Virus record (IMG/VR): IMGVR_UViG_3300028590_000013
Span: 8,233-72,232 of that record
Source of the DNA: a virus
Direction: 5' to 3' (one strand)
DNA: 64,000 bases
The notes below the pieces were generated by a model. It was not told the DNA's origin. It ran no database searches and saw nothing but the letters and a program-made list of their open reading frames with translations. The position numbers and the translations under genes were made by a program. Shown here one piece after another: positions 53,786 to 61,634 of the stretch (position 1 is the first letter of the stretch; each line of letters starts with the position of its first letter).

Positions 53786-54253
53786 CTAGAACCTTGCATC
53801 GCCGTGACGTTGCTTCCACAAGGTCATCGGGCTCATCTTCTGCCGCATGGCCTCGCCCACGAAGAATGGGCTCGTTGGTGCCAGCATCTGCGCGTTGTGC
53901 TCGCCCTTGTTCAAGGCAAGCAGTGGTTCGTTGAGCGTGACTTCCAGCTTGGTGACGTCATCGGAGCTAAGGAAGGCTTCGATGCTGAACTCGTCGCTTG
54001 TCGTGTGGAGCAAGCTGGGTTCAGCCTGCCGCCACGCCTCAAGCGCCCTGGAGAGCGCTTCATTCACGCTCCTCAGGCCCTCGGCATCGGCTTTGAGGCG
54101 GAGCTGCTGGTGGAGCGCCGATGTCATCTCATTGTGAATGACGGCCATGAGGCGCGTGAAGCAACTCATCTGCAGCAGGGCGTTGTTCTCGGCCTGCCAC
54201 TTGATTTGCGCGGCCTCGCGTTGCGCCAGGCTCATGGTGAAGAAGCTCACCAT
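53786..54253 (-). CDS. Hypothetical protein
   Basis: AGGAG RBS. Confidence 0.7.
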   Translation of the reverse strand: MVSFFTMSLAQREAAQIKWQAENNALLQMSCFTRLMAVIHNEMTSALHQQLRLKADAEGLRSVNEALSRALEAWRQAEPSLLHTTSDEFSIEAFLSSDDVTKLEVTLNEPLLALNKGEHNAQMLAPTSPFFVGEAMRQKMSPMTLWKQRHGDARF

Positions 54254-54324
54254 GGTCTCCTAAAGGCTCGGACGATGTGCCGTCTGGGCTGCTTGCGAAT
54301 GACCCGCGGTCGCACTCTACGCAT
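54247..54324 (-). CDS. 25-aa Arg-rich peptide (not in ORF track)
   Basis: MRRVRPRVIRKQPRRHIVRAFRRPW; AAGGA RBS; overlaps both neighbours. Confidence 0.45.
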   Translation of the reverse strand: MRRVRPRVIRKQPRRHIVRAFRRPW

Positions 54325-54865
54325 GTTCGTTTCCTTGCAGTGGTTGGAGCCTATCTATACGCTCAAGGGCGTCCCAGAGCCGTAACCCTGCGAGGCGCGC
54401 AATGTCAATGACTTCATGCGGCAAGAGCTTCTCCGCATCCCTGTTCGGCTTTGAGCGGCGCCATGACGCAATGCTGGCTCGGCCTGGACTCCCGGAGGCC
54501 AAGAGAATGCCCGAGGCCGCTGGAACGAAAGCCGCCAGCTCAGGTGTCCAGACCTCTGTTGGGATCAGGTAGTAGTGCTTCCAGATCTTGGGCGGCCATT
54601 CCCTGGGGCTAGGCTCACTAGGCCTGCGGCTGCGGGACCAAGGCCGCTCTCGCCACCACTTGTCCTTCTTGGCATCAGCCTTGAAGTCGCTGCGGCTTAT
54701 CTTCATCTCCACGTCTATCAGACGGCAATCCTTGCTGACGACGAGGAGGTCGGCCTCGTGGCCTGTCCAGCCGCAGCAGGGCACAGCCAGGACTGAGTTC
54801 TGAAAGAACTGGCGGACGAGAGCTTTGGTGAGGCTTGCCTCACTCCATGGCATGGGCTTCTTCAT
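54317..54865 (-). CDS. MmcB-like PD-(D/E)XK nuclease
   Basis: EADLLVVS...DVEMKISRSDFKADAKKDKW, HYYLIP, GIL. Confidence 0.78.
   Translation of the reverse strand: MKKPMPWSEASLTKALVRQFFQNSVLAVPCCGWTGHEADLLVVSKDCRLIDVEMKISRSDFKADAKKDKWWRERPWSRSRRPSEPSPREWPPKIWKHYYLIPTEVWTPELAAFVPAASGILLASGSPGRASIASWRRSKPNRDAEKLLPHEVIDIARLAGLRLWDALERIDRLQPLQGNEHA
54353..54361 (-). promoter_or_regulatory. SGTATAKWT motif copy
   Basis: GCGTATAGATAGG on - strand, identical 13-mer to 10318-10330 (+). Confidence 0.5.
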
Positions 54866-54871
54866 ATCTAT

Positions 54872-55024
54872 TCCCTTTTCTGTGCCTTGAGCTGATCCAG
54901 CCATGCCGTGAAGCTGCTGGGGCCACTCATATCGCATAACGAAGCCTGCTAGGTCAAGCCTAGTGGTGCAACGAAGGGGTTTGTGGGTGGCAACCCGCCC
55001 AAGCCTCAAGGCACAGAAAAGGGA
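54872..55024. repeat. Perfect 20-bp inverted repeat (54872-54891 / 55005-55024)
   Basis: tcccttttctgtgccttgag ... ctcaaggcacagaaaaggga. Confidence 0.92.
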
Positions 55025-55138
55025 GATGGTCAAGTCCACTGCGGCGGCTCACATGGGGCAGTGGGGGAGACATGGAAAGGGCTTTCTCTTCAGAGCAACC
55101 AACGGCGCCAACCCGTTGGACCCCGAGTAGGGACTCAA

Positions 55139-55250
55139 CCATCACAGGAGCGCCTTCGGCAAGCGGCAGTGAAGGTTTCTTAGGCCTCGTTGCCATTATT
55201 AGGGAGCCGGGTTCACCGCTACCTACTCTCCGAAGACTCTCCTGTGATGG
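55139..55250. repeat. Perfect 12-bp inverted repeat (55139-55150 / 55239-55250)
   Basis: ccatcacaggag ... ctcctgtgatgg. Confidence 0.88.
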
Positions 55251-55383
55251 CTTAGAAAGAAGCCCGGTCCGACGCGGGCTTCTCCACTCAAGCATCTCGG
55301 AGCAATTGCGCTACATATAGCCTCCAGGTGGTCACCGCATGAGAGGCCCCCACCGCGGGGGCGCCGTGCAGCTCGGCATGCCA

Positions 55384-55437
55384 ATCTATACGCCGCTAAA
55401 AAGGATCCCCGGAGGCTCCGGCTGTGGCCTCCGGGGA
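55384..55437 (-). terminator. Terminator hairpin immediately followed by CGTATAGAT motif
   Basis: TCCCCGGAGGC / GCCTCCGGGGA stem, TTTTT, then CGTATAGAT (55392-55384). Confidence 0.7.
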
Positions 55438-55591
55438 GCTGGGCAGAAATGCGAGGAGGGGCAACCCTTCCCAACGTTGAAAGGGCCCTGACTTGCGCCT
55501 TGTGGCGGGGCTCCGGGAGACTGGCGGCGGCCCTGCCCTGCGTCCTCCATGCCTCTCGATGGCGCCCAGCCACCACGCGATTTCTCCAATG

Positions 55592-55688
55592 AAAAAGCCC
55601 GCTTGTGGCGGGCTTCCCGTTGCGGTGGCGGAACTTCCACCACTAGCAAATTGCTGCGCATATTAGCTTGTTTTCACCAAGCCAACAA
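55592..55688 (-). ncRNA. Candidate ~60-nt sRNA with own sigma70-like promoter and terminator
   Basis: TTGTTG(55688-83)-N17-TAATAT(55665-60); internal hairpin; AAGCCCGC/GCGGGCTT terminator with TTTTT. Confidence 0.5.
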
Positions 55689-55716
55689 ACTTTTGCGTTT
55701 TGCCCACAAAAAGCCA

Positions 55717-56580
55717 CTAGCCCTCCCCAGTCTCTGCCTGCACAGCGAGGGCTGCGCTCTTGGTCAAGTCCACGATGGCGGAGCGCAGTGGGCCTGCCGG
55801 GCCAAGCAATCGGCTTGCCCAAGGGTCTTTCGACCCGCTGCGCGTGGTGGTGTCGATAGGCGAAGCAGTGGGGAGCGCCAGCTCATCTGCTTCTGCTGCG
55901 CGTTGCGCTCCATCGGTGTGCGAGCCGCCGATGCCGTGCCCCTTGCCCCAGCTTTCCAAGAAGTAGACTGCCTTCCCCAACTTTCTGGCGTACTCAATTT
56001 CTCGCAGCGTGGATTCGCCAATGTAGGCGTGCAGATTGAGAACGAAGATCGCATCACTGGCTTCGATCTTGCGGAAATGCGCTGCGTCGAGTGCCGTCTT
56101 CTGCTCTTCCGTGTACCACTGCTTCACGCCAGCCTTGTCGCTTGGGTACGCAGTCAGAGAGAAAACGGTGTGGCCGGCCATCGTCAATGCCTCGTTCCAC
56201 GCCTTGAACAGCCGCTCGAAGCGCGCGGAACCGCACAGCGTGATGATTTGCGAGCTGCGCGCCTCCTGCCTCCGCGCATCGATAGCGCCTGCTACTGCCT
56301 CAGGTGCTGGTGCTGGGAGGGTGGAGCCGCAGGCGTACATGCATGCGCCGTTGAAGGCGCACTCTCCAGCGTCTCCAGCGCAGTTCGCGGAGGGCGCAGG
56401 GTTGGCCGGCTTGGAAGCTTCGTAGACGGCCTCCAAGGCCTTGCGCATCTTTTCGCGGACCTTGTTGACCCTCCACTGCCTGGAAGCCCACCAGTCCACG
56501 CCTGGGACTGGATCCTTGGCCTTGCCAAGAAGGACCATGGTGGCGACTTCCACCATCTCGTCGGTGATAAAGTGGCTCAC
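55717..56580 (-). CDS. Protein with C-terminal nucleoside deoxyribosyltransferase-like domain
   Basis: ITLCGS.RF, H..KIEASDAIFVLN..AYIGEST.REIEYA..LGK.V. Confidence 0.75.
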   Translation of the reverse strand: MSHFITDEMVEVATMVLLGKAKDPVPGVDWWASRQWRVNKVREKMRKALEAVYEASKPANPAPSANCAGDAGECAFNGACMYACGSTLPAPAPEAVAGAIDARRQEARSSQIITLCGSARFERLFKAWNEALTMAGHTVFSLTAYPSDKAGVKQWYTEEQKTALDAAHFRKIEASDAIFVLNLHAYIGESTLREIEYARKLGKAVYFLESWGKGHGIGGSHTDGAQRAAEADELALPTASPIDTTTRSGSKDPWASRLLGPAGPLRSAIVDLTKSAALAVQAETGEG

Positions 56581-56933
56581 AGCTGCGTCCCCACCATGTC
56601 GCGAACATTCCGAAGCATGGCATCGGACAGGGTGGCGGCCTCTGAAGCCGCCTTCACCACCATCTCTTCTTCCCTGTGCTTGAGGAGCTGCTCCAGCTCC
56701 TTGTCCAAACGAGCGGCGCGTCGGTTCTGGTAGGAAGCCATGGCCTCCGCGTATTCGGCTTCGCCTTCGTAGCTGATGCGCAAGCGAATGGCCTCAGCTC
56801 GGGCCATTTGGATCTCTTCCTCCAACGTCAGAGTCTTCACGGGCTTCGGCCTGTGGCACCACGCCGTGTAGCCGATGGCGCCGATGATGAGGAGGATGAT
56901 TGCCGCAAGGCCAACGATGGTTCCGGTGTTCAT
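56577..56933 (-). CDS. Single-TM hypothetical protein
   Basis: AAGGA RBS; N-terminal hydrophobic helix. Confidence 0.75.
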   Translation of the reverse strand: MNTGTIVGLAAIILLIIGAIGYTAWCHRPKPVKTLTLEEEIQMARAEAIRLRISYEGEAEYAEAMASYQNRRAARLDKELEQLLKHREEEMVVKAASEAATLSDAMLRNVRDMVGTQL

Positions 56934-56942
56934 GTCGATCCT

Positions 56943-57221
56943 TCAGTAGTAGACAAAGACGATAGCCGTGGCCGCAAGGAACGTGAGGGCCCCGATGACG
57001 TAGCGCTGCTCCCACAGAACCCTGGGGAACGTGGGGCGTTGAATCAGGCTGGCACGGCGAGCGCGAATGAGCGCCGCAGGATTAGGCGTCAGCTGGGACT
57101 CAATCTCTGCAATGCGTCGTTCCAGATCCTTGGGCACGCGCTGATGGAGCACGCGATAGCTCTTGCGTTGCTCCATGAGGGCCATGAGTTCGCGCCGCAG
57201 GGTTTCAACGGTGGTGACCAT
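56943..57221 (-). CDS. Hypothetical protein with C-terminal TM
   Basis: AGGAG RBS. Confidence 0.7.
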   Translation of the reverse strand: MVTTVETLRRELMALMEQRKSYRVLHQRVPKDLERRIAEIESQLTPNPAALIRARRASLIQRPTFPRVLWEQRYVIGALTFLAATAIVFVYY

Positions 57222-57230
57222 GTTCTTCTC

Positions 57231-57929
57231 CTAGTCAGTGAATGCGCCGGTGATCCCAGCTTGGTCGAGGAGGGCAGCGATCTGGTGCCACGCCTCCGTT
57301 TCGGTCTGCTCCAGATACTCGACGATCCACGTCCTGTGCTTGGCCGCCGTCATCTGGCTGCAGTGGGCCACGCTGGCCAGGTAGACCAGCGTGGTGGCGC
57401 GCTTGGTGAAGAATTCCTCCACCACGGCTTTGCGCAGATGCGGCTGCGTGCTGAGGCCGCGCTTGCCAGGCTGGCGCAAGACTTCCCCGGTCTCCTTCAG
57501 CATGAAGCAAGCATCGGCCACAGCCTTGTCCCAGCGCAGATTGCGGGCCCAGCCCGAGCAGCAAGGCCTGCGGCACGTGCAAGGGCTGTGCGAACGCGTC
57601 AGGAGGCCCGTGAGCACGATTTGATGGACTTGATCGAGCTTCTGGAACTCCAAGAGGATAAAACCCGCCTGAGCGGCCCTCTCCTGCGTGTTGAGCTTTT
57701 CAGGCTTGCGCCTGAAGGCTTCCCGCACGAGGCGATCCCGCTCAGCGTCACGGGCCTCCGCGCCCTTAGCGAAGTAGGCTGCCTTGGCCTTAGCGCCCTT
57801 CGGCACCTTCTTCTTGATGCCCTCAACCATGGCCGTCGTCATGCTCGGCTTGGGCATCTGAACGTCGGCAGCATTGAGGGCGAACACAAGAGCCTTGCGC
57901 GTGTCGTCGAAGAGCGGCTGATCCGTCAC
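57231..57929 (-). CDS. Cys-cluster regulatory protein, possibly Q-like antiterminator
   Basis: LF....AL.FA.N, AAQAG.I, CTCRRPCCSG..N..W; GTGA coupling. Confidence 0.55.
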   Translation of the reverse strand: MTDQPLFDDTRKALVFALNAADVQMPKPSMTTAMVEGIKKKVPKGAKAKAAYFAKGAEARDAERDRLVREAFRRKPEKLNTQERAAQAGFILLEFQKLDQVHQIVLTGLLTRSHSPCTCRRPCCSGWARNLRWDKAVADACFMLKETGEVLRQPGKRGLSTQPHLRKAVVEEFFTKRATTLVYLASVAHCSQMTAAKHRTWIVEYLEQTETEAWHQIAALLDQAGITGAFTD

Positions 57930-58576
57930 AGCCCGAGCCCACCACGACCAGACACGAGATAGCGCACTGCGGCCTGGCTCCATGGCTCCAGTCTCACGAA
58001 GATGTGGGGCTCCGCCAAAGCTTCCAAGGTGAGCCACTGCCCGTGCTCCACCACTGCGGCTTCATGCTTGCCCAGGCGTCTCGGATCGGCGATCACGGCG
58101 CCGAGGATCCCCGCGTGCACGCGGCTGACTTCCGTGGTGGGATCGCAAACGAGAGCATTGGCGAAGATGATCTCCGAATGGTGGCCTTGAAGGCCGACCT
58201 CTTCCATCAGCTCACGCACGGCCTCAGCGGCGCACCAGTCCTGCAGAGTCATGGCATGAGGAACCTCGCCGTCGATGTGGCCGCCGAGGCCAATGCTCAG
58301 GGCCCCATGCAGACGGTTCTCTTCGCCACCTTCGCCGCGGTGGTAGACAAAGACGCGGGTCGGGCCGCTCTTCAGGCTCCACGAGCCATTGTCGATGAGC
58401 ATGATGTAGGGGATGAGCTGGAGCGTGCTCTCGTCCTTCTCGCAAATGGCGCGGTCAATAAGTCGCGTAGGAGTGCGCCAGAAGTCAGGACCATGGTCGA
58501 AGACTGCCGTAGCCTTGGACGTCTGATAGGCGAGTGGAGCATCAGCTGTGTTGATGCAGAGTGCGAGCTTTGCCAT
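57926..58576 (-). CDS. NUDIX-family phosphoesterase
   Basis: E.DES.LQLIPY, Y.RG..GEE.RLHG..SIGLGGHID, RELMEEVG, LEPWS. Confidence 0.85.
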   Translation of the reverse strand: MAKLALCINTADAPLAYQTSKATAVFDHGPDFWRTPTRLIDRAICEKDESTLQLIPYIMLIDNGSWSLKSGPTRVFVYHRGEGGEENRLHGALSIGLGGHIDGEVPHAMTLQDWCAAEAVRELMEEVGLQGHHSEIIFANALVCDPTTEVSRVHAGILGAVIADPRRLGKHEAAVVEHGQWLTLEALAEPHIFVRLEPWSQAAVRYLVSGRGGLGL

Positions 58577-58586
58577 GTGGATCTCC

Positions 58587-59087
58587 TTAGTAAAACCATG
58601 AGGCGCTGTTCGCGCCGTGTTCGCTAACCTCGACTTCTGCGCAGTGCAGATACTCGGGGGGCACGATCTGAGCCTGGCGCAGGCCCGCGAGATAGCTCAC
58701 CATGAGCCAGTCGTTCACCATGACGCCGATGTACTCAGAGAAGCCTTCGCACCCCGTCTTGGGAAGAATGCGCAGATCGATGAGGCCCTTGTCATTGAGC
58801 GCCTCGAACGCGGCCAGCTCGGGATCATCGCGAGCCACCAGCGTCTTGTGGTCGAACATGTCTTCGAGCCGCTGCTTGATCGGCTTCAGGGCCCCGAAGT
58901 CGACCACCCAGTTGCGGCTGTCGAGGGTCGTAGACTTGAAGACGAGCTTCACAGCCAGCGCGTAGCCATGCAGCTTGTTGCAATGGCTTGTGGCTCGCCA
59001 CTGGCGGAACGTGGCCGAAAGGCCCACGTTATGCCCGTAGGTCTTCGTGCTCTGGTGAGCGAAGTGGAGGCTTGGGTCTTTGTTCAT
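58587..59087 (-). CDS. queD: 6-carboxy-5,6,7,8-tetrahydropterin synthase
   Basis: FRQWRA.SHC.KLHGY, NWVVDFG.LK, FDHK, GCE, EHGANSA. Confidence 0.9.
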   Translation of the reverse strand: MNKDPSLHFAHQSTKTYGHNVGLSATFRQWRATSHCNKLHGYALAVKLVFKSTTLDSRNWVVDFGALKPIKQRLEDMFDHKTLVARDDPELAAFEALNDKGLIDLRILPKTGCEGFSEYIGVMVNDWLMVSYLAGLRQAQIVPPEYLHCAEVEVSEHGANSASWFY

Positions 59088-59500
59088 AGCGTCTTTGCTT
59101 TCTGGATGTGGTCTATTGCTTCACTGATGGACTTGTAAGCGCCCGCGAAGGCATCACGCCGAGGGCCTTCCGGGAGATAGTGCTCCAACTCCACCAGCTT
59201 GTCAGCCATGGAGAGGAGCTGCATTTCCAGACTGGGTCCGGTCGCCTTGATGGCTTCGGCGCGCTCGCCGTCTGTTCTCCGCGTGCGGATCTGCTCGATG
59301 TGGACTTCCTGGCCACGCAAGGGTTGACGGATGGCTCCTGCCATGAGCTGGAAGGTGCGCTGAGCTATGGCGTGTTCGGTCATGCCCTCACCGCTCATGG
59401 TGACGGTGGCCCCCATGATCTCGGTCATGACGGCTTTGGCAAGCGATGCCGCCCAGCTCTTGCCTGAGCTGGGCGGCCCGGCGATCGTGATCTTCAGCAA
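59084..59500 (-). CDS. Small P-loop protein
   Basis: ITIAGPPSSGKS Walker A; AAGGAG RBS, TTG start. Confidence 0.65.
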   Translation of the reverse strand: MLKITIAGPPSSGKSWAASLAKAVMTEIMGATVTMSGEGMTEHAIAQRTFQLMAGAIRQPLRGQEVHIEQIRTRRTDGERAEAIKATGPSLEMQLLSMADKLVELEHYLPEGPRRDAFAGAYKSISEAIDHIQKAKTL

Positions 59501-59546
59501 CTTAGTTCTCCTTGAGATAGGGGGGCCCCGGATGGAGGCCCCACGG

Positions 59547-59555
59547 ATATATACC
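59547..59555 (-). promoter_or_regulatory. SGTATAKWT motif copy
   Basis: GGTATATAT just after DUF932 stop, upstream of the queD operon. Confidence 0.5.
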
Positions 59556-59557
59556 GA

Positions 59558-60598
59558 TCAGACCTCGGCGGCGCTCAGCAGCTTCATGGCCTGCTGTTTG
59601 AAGTTGGCGCCACGCCCGAAGAAGGCGCTATCCAGGCGTGTGTCGTCCGTGCGGCCCATGGCGTGGTCGACGTACTGCGTCACGGCATTGAGGAGGCCCC
59701 AGCGCGTGCCCTTGGCCGTGCGCATCTCGGAGCCCATGCCCGCGCCCTGGAAGAGATCCAACACGCCGGTCACCACGCGCGAGTCGTCGGCTTCCATTTC
59801 CTTGCTCAGATTAGCCAGGCTGCCCATCCAGGCGAGGCTGCTGATCTCGGCCTTCTTGGCTTCGCGCTGAGGATCGAGGATGCGCGCCAGGACATCCCGG
59901 GCTTCGTCGAGCTTGATGGGAGTCTCAGCCATCTCGTTAGCCTTCGCCATGAAGAGCTTGAAGCTGTCCACGCTCACGCCCAACGTGCGGCGCACGGCAT
60001 CGGCGTCGAAAACCTGGCGGTGGCTGATGCGCACGCTCTTGGCGTTAGCATCGTTGAGCGCGATGGCCAGGGTGTTGGCACAGACGACGCGAACTGCGGT
60101 CAGCATGGCCGTCGTCTTCATGGAGCCGTCCATGCTCGTAGCAAGCAGGAGGTTCTGCATCACCTCGTCGCCGCCCTTCTTGCTGCCCACGATCTGACCT
60201 TCGCCATTGCTTGCCATGGCCCAGAGCTTGCGGCCACCGCGGAGCGTGCCCGCCGTGTGGATGTGCCAGCCACCGCTCTCCGTCATGTCGCGGAAGAACT
60301 CGAGGACGTCGGCGGGCTGCACGATCTGGTAGTTAGCGCCCACGATAGCGAGGGGCTCCTGCGTGTCGCTGCGGATGAGGCCCTTGTAGTCCTCGAAAAC
60401 GGTGGCCCCAGCGCCGATGCCTGGGTGGACCATGCTTGGGGTGCCCTGGACAGCGCTCCAATCCATGCCCGCCTCCTTGGCCCAGATACCGAGGCTTGCG
60501 CCCTTGGTGACGCGCTGTCCCAGCTTGTGCCACGGAGTTTCACCGACGAACGCCATTTCGGCGCGGCCATTTGCTCTCAAGGTAAGTTCGTGTGCCAT
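59558..60598 (-). CDS. DUF932 / TIGR03299-like phage protein
   Basis: MAFVGETPWHKLG, YQIVQP, TAG.LRGGRKLW, VRVVCANTL, GTRWGLLNAVTQYVDH. Confidence 0.9.
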   Translation of the reverse strand: MAHELTLRANGRAEMAFVGETPWHKLGQRVTKGASLGIWAKEAGMDWSAVQGTPSMVHPGIGAGATVFEDYKGLIRSDTQEPLAIVGANYQIVQPADVLEFFRDMTESGGWHIHTAGTLRGGRKLWAMASNGEGQIVGSKKGGDEVMQNLLLATSMDGSMKTTAMLTAVRVVCANTLAIALNDANAKSVRISHRQVFDADAVRRTLGVSVDSFKLFMAKANEMAETPIKLDEARDVLARILDPQREAKKAEISSLAWMGSLANLSKEMEADDSRVVTGVLDLFQGAGMGSEMRTAKGTRWGLLNAVTQYVDHAMGRTDDTRLDSAFFGRGANFKQQAMKLLSAAEV

Positions 60599-60676
60599 TC
60601 TTTAAGCTCCTTAGGTGTTGAAGGGCATGAGCGACGTTGCTCCACTAGCGCTGCGCGCAGCGCTAAGAGAGTTGGG

Positions 60677-60907
60677 TCATTCTTTCTCTAGGGCTTGCAT
60701 GAACTTTCGGCCTGCCGCCCAGCAAACGCCGGCTGTGGCCTCCTTGTAACCGCATGCCACGGCAGCGGCGATGAAGTCAGCACGTGCCGTCGCTGTGCCC
60801 CAGGTGAGCCCAGCCACAGAGCGCAAGATGGGCGCCATGCGCAGGCCCTCTTCCTCGAAGGCCCTGATGTCTTCGATGAGCTGGGGAGTTGTGCGGGCTG
60901 CGTCCAT
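60677..60907 (-). CDS. Hypothetical protein, possibly leaderless
   Basis: ATG 6 nt after TAGAAT; no RBS. Confidence 0.65.
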   Translation of the reverse strand: MDAARTTPQLIEDIRAFEEEGLRMAPILRSVAGLTWGTATARADFIAAAVACGYKEATAGVCWAAGRKFMQALEKE

Positions 60908-60968
60908 GTGTCGATTCTAAAGACTTTATAAAGACCCATGCAACGGGTTTGTCGCCAAAAATTAAAAA
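60904..60968 (-). promoter_or_regulatory. 65-bp repeat copy 1: sigma70-like early promoter
   Basis: T-tracts, TTGCAT-N18-TAGAAT, palindrome CTTTATAAAG in spacer; identical to 63220-63284. Confidence 0.8.
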
Positions 60969-60983
60969 GAATTTGCGGACATG

Positions 60984-61003
60984 AAAAAACCCGCCGAAGC
61001 GGG
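60984..61003 (-). terminator. Rho-independent terminator
   Basis: CCCGC-TTCG-GCGGG then TTTTTT. Confidence 0.85.
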
Positions 61004-61023
61004 CCCAGGTGGCCGTGGCATGT

Positions 61024-61461
61024 CTAGCGTCCCCAGCTCAGTACGTCCTTCACGGCATCGGCTGCCATTGCGTTGACGCTGCGCTCAGCATCCTTGACAT
61101 CCATGCCCACGCGGCTAATGAGGAAGTTGCGGATGGGAAGGCCGCACACAGAGGCGGTGAAGCTCTCCAGATGCTCGCGGCGCTTCATGCCCTCCCGCAG
61201 GCCTGCCACGGCTGCCGTATGCATGCACTTACTCGTGCGCTGGATGTGCTGCACCAGCAGAAGGCGATCCCCGGCCAGATCCTTGTCATAGGTGATGGGC
61301 TGCGCCTTGGCAGGCGGCACCAAAGAAACGAGCAGGGCGCCAAGGCCCAGGATCAGCAGGCGCCACAGGCAGGCCCGAATGAGGCCTGGGTGCTCTTGGC
61401 TGGGGGCGTGGCTACGGATGGCAATGGCGCCGCGCGCCGTGTGGAAGTAATGGAAGTTCAT
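61024..61461 (-). CDS. Hypothetical membrane-anchored or exported protein
   Basis: Hydrophobic LLILGLGALLVSLV helix; ATGA coupling. Confidence 0.7.
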   Translation of the reverse strand: MNFHYFHTARGAIAIRSHAPSQEHPGLIRACLWRLLILGLGALLVSLVPPAKAQPITYDKDLAGDRLLLVQHIQRTSKCMHTAAVAGLREGMKRREHLESFTASVCGLPIRNFLISRVGMDVKDAERSVNAMAADAVKDVLSWGR

Positions 61462-61634
61462 GATGTTTCTTTCAAGGATTGTGCAATGGCGCCGAGCTGG
61501 AACCACTTCCAGTCCCTGGCAATCTGTGGGTTAACGTAGGTTCCCTTACGCGAGCGCTTCAGCCCGCAAGCGGCATTCTTGTTAGCCAGGCGCTCGAAGT
61601 CGGCGCGCAGCACCTCAGCGACATTAGGCTCCAT
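61458..61634 (-). CDS. Hypothetical protein
   Basis: AGGAGG RBS; G.Y.......W..FQ pattern. Confidence 0.7.
   Translation of the reverse strand: MEPNVAEVLRADFERLANKNAACGLKRSRKGTYVNPQIARDWKWFQLGAIAQSLKETS

Noticed and set aside
54872-55024. Retron msr-msd or MITE suggested by terminal inverted repeats
   Set aside because: No reverse transcriptase or transposase in the window and no target-site duplication seen
52500-55700. tRNA genes in the non-coding regions
   Set aside because: No GTTCRA T-loop with matching cloverleaf found by eye; a tRNAscan-SE run would be definitive
58587-59087. QueD paralogue with a different activity (DpdL-type decarboxylase)
   Set aside because: Retains the C-x3-HG QueD-type signature and QueC is present, so ordinary QueD is more parsimonious
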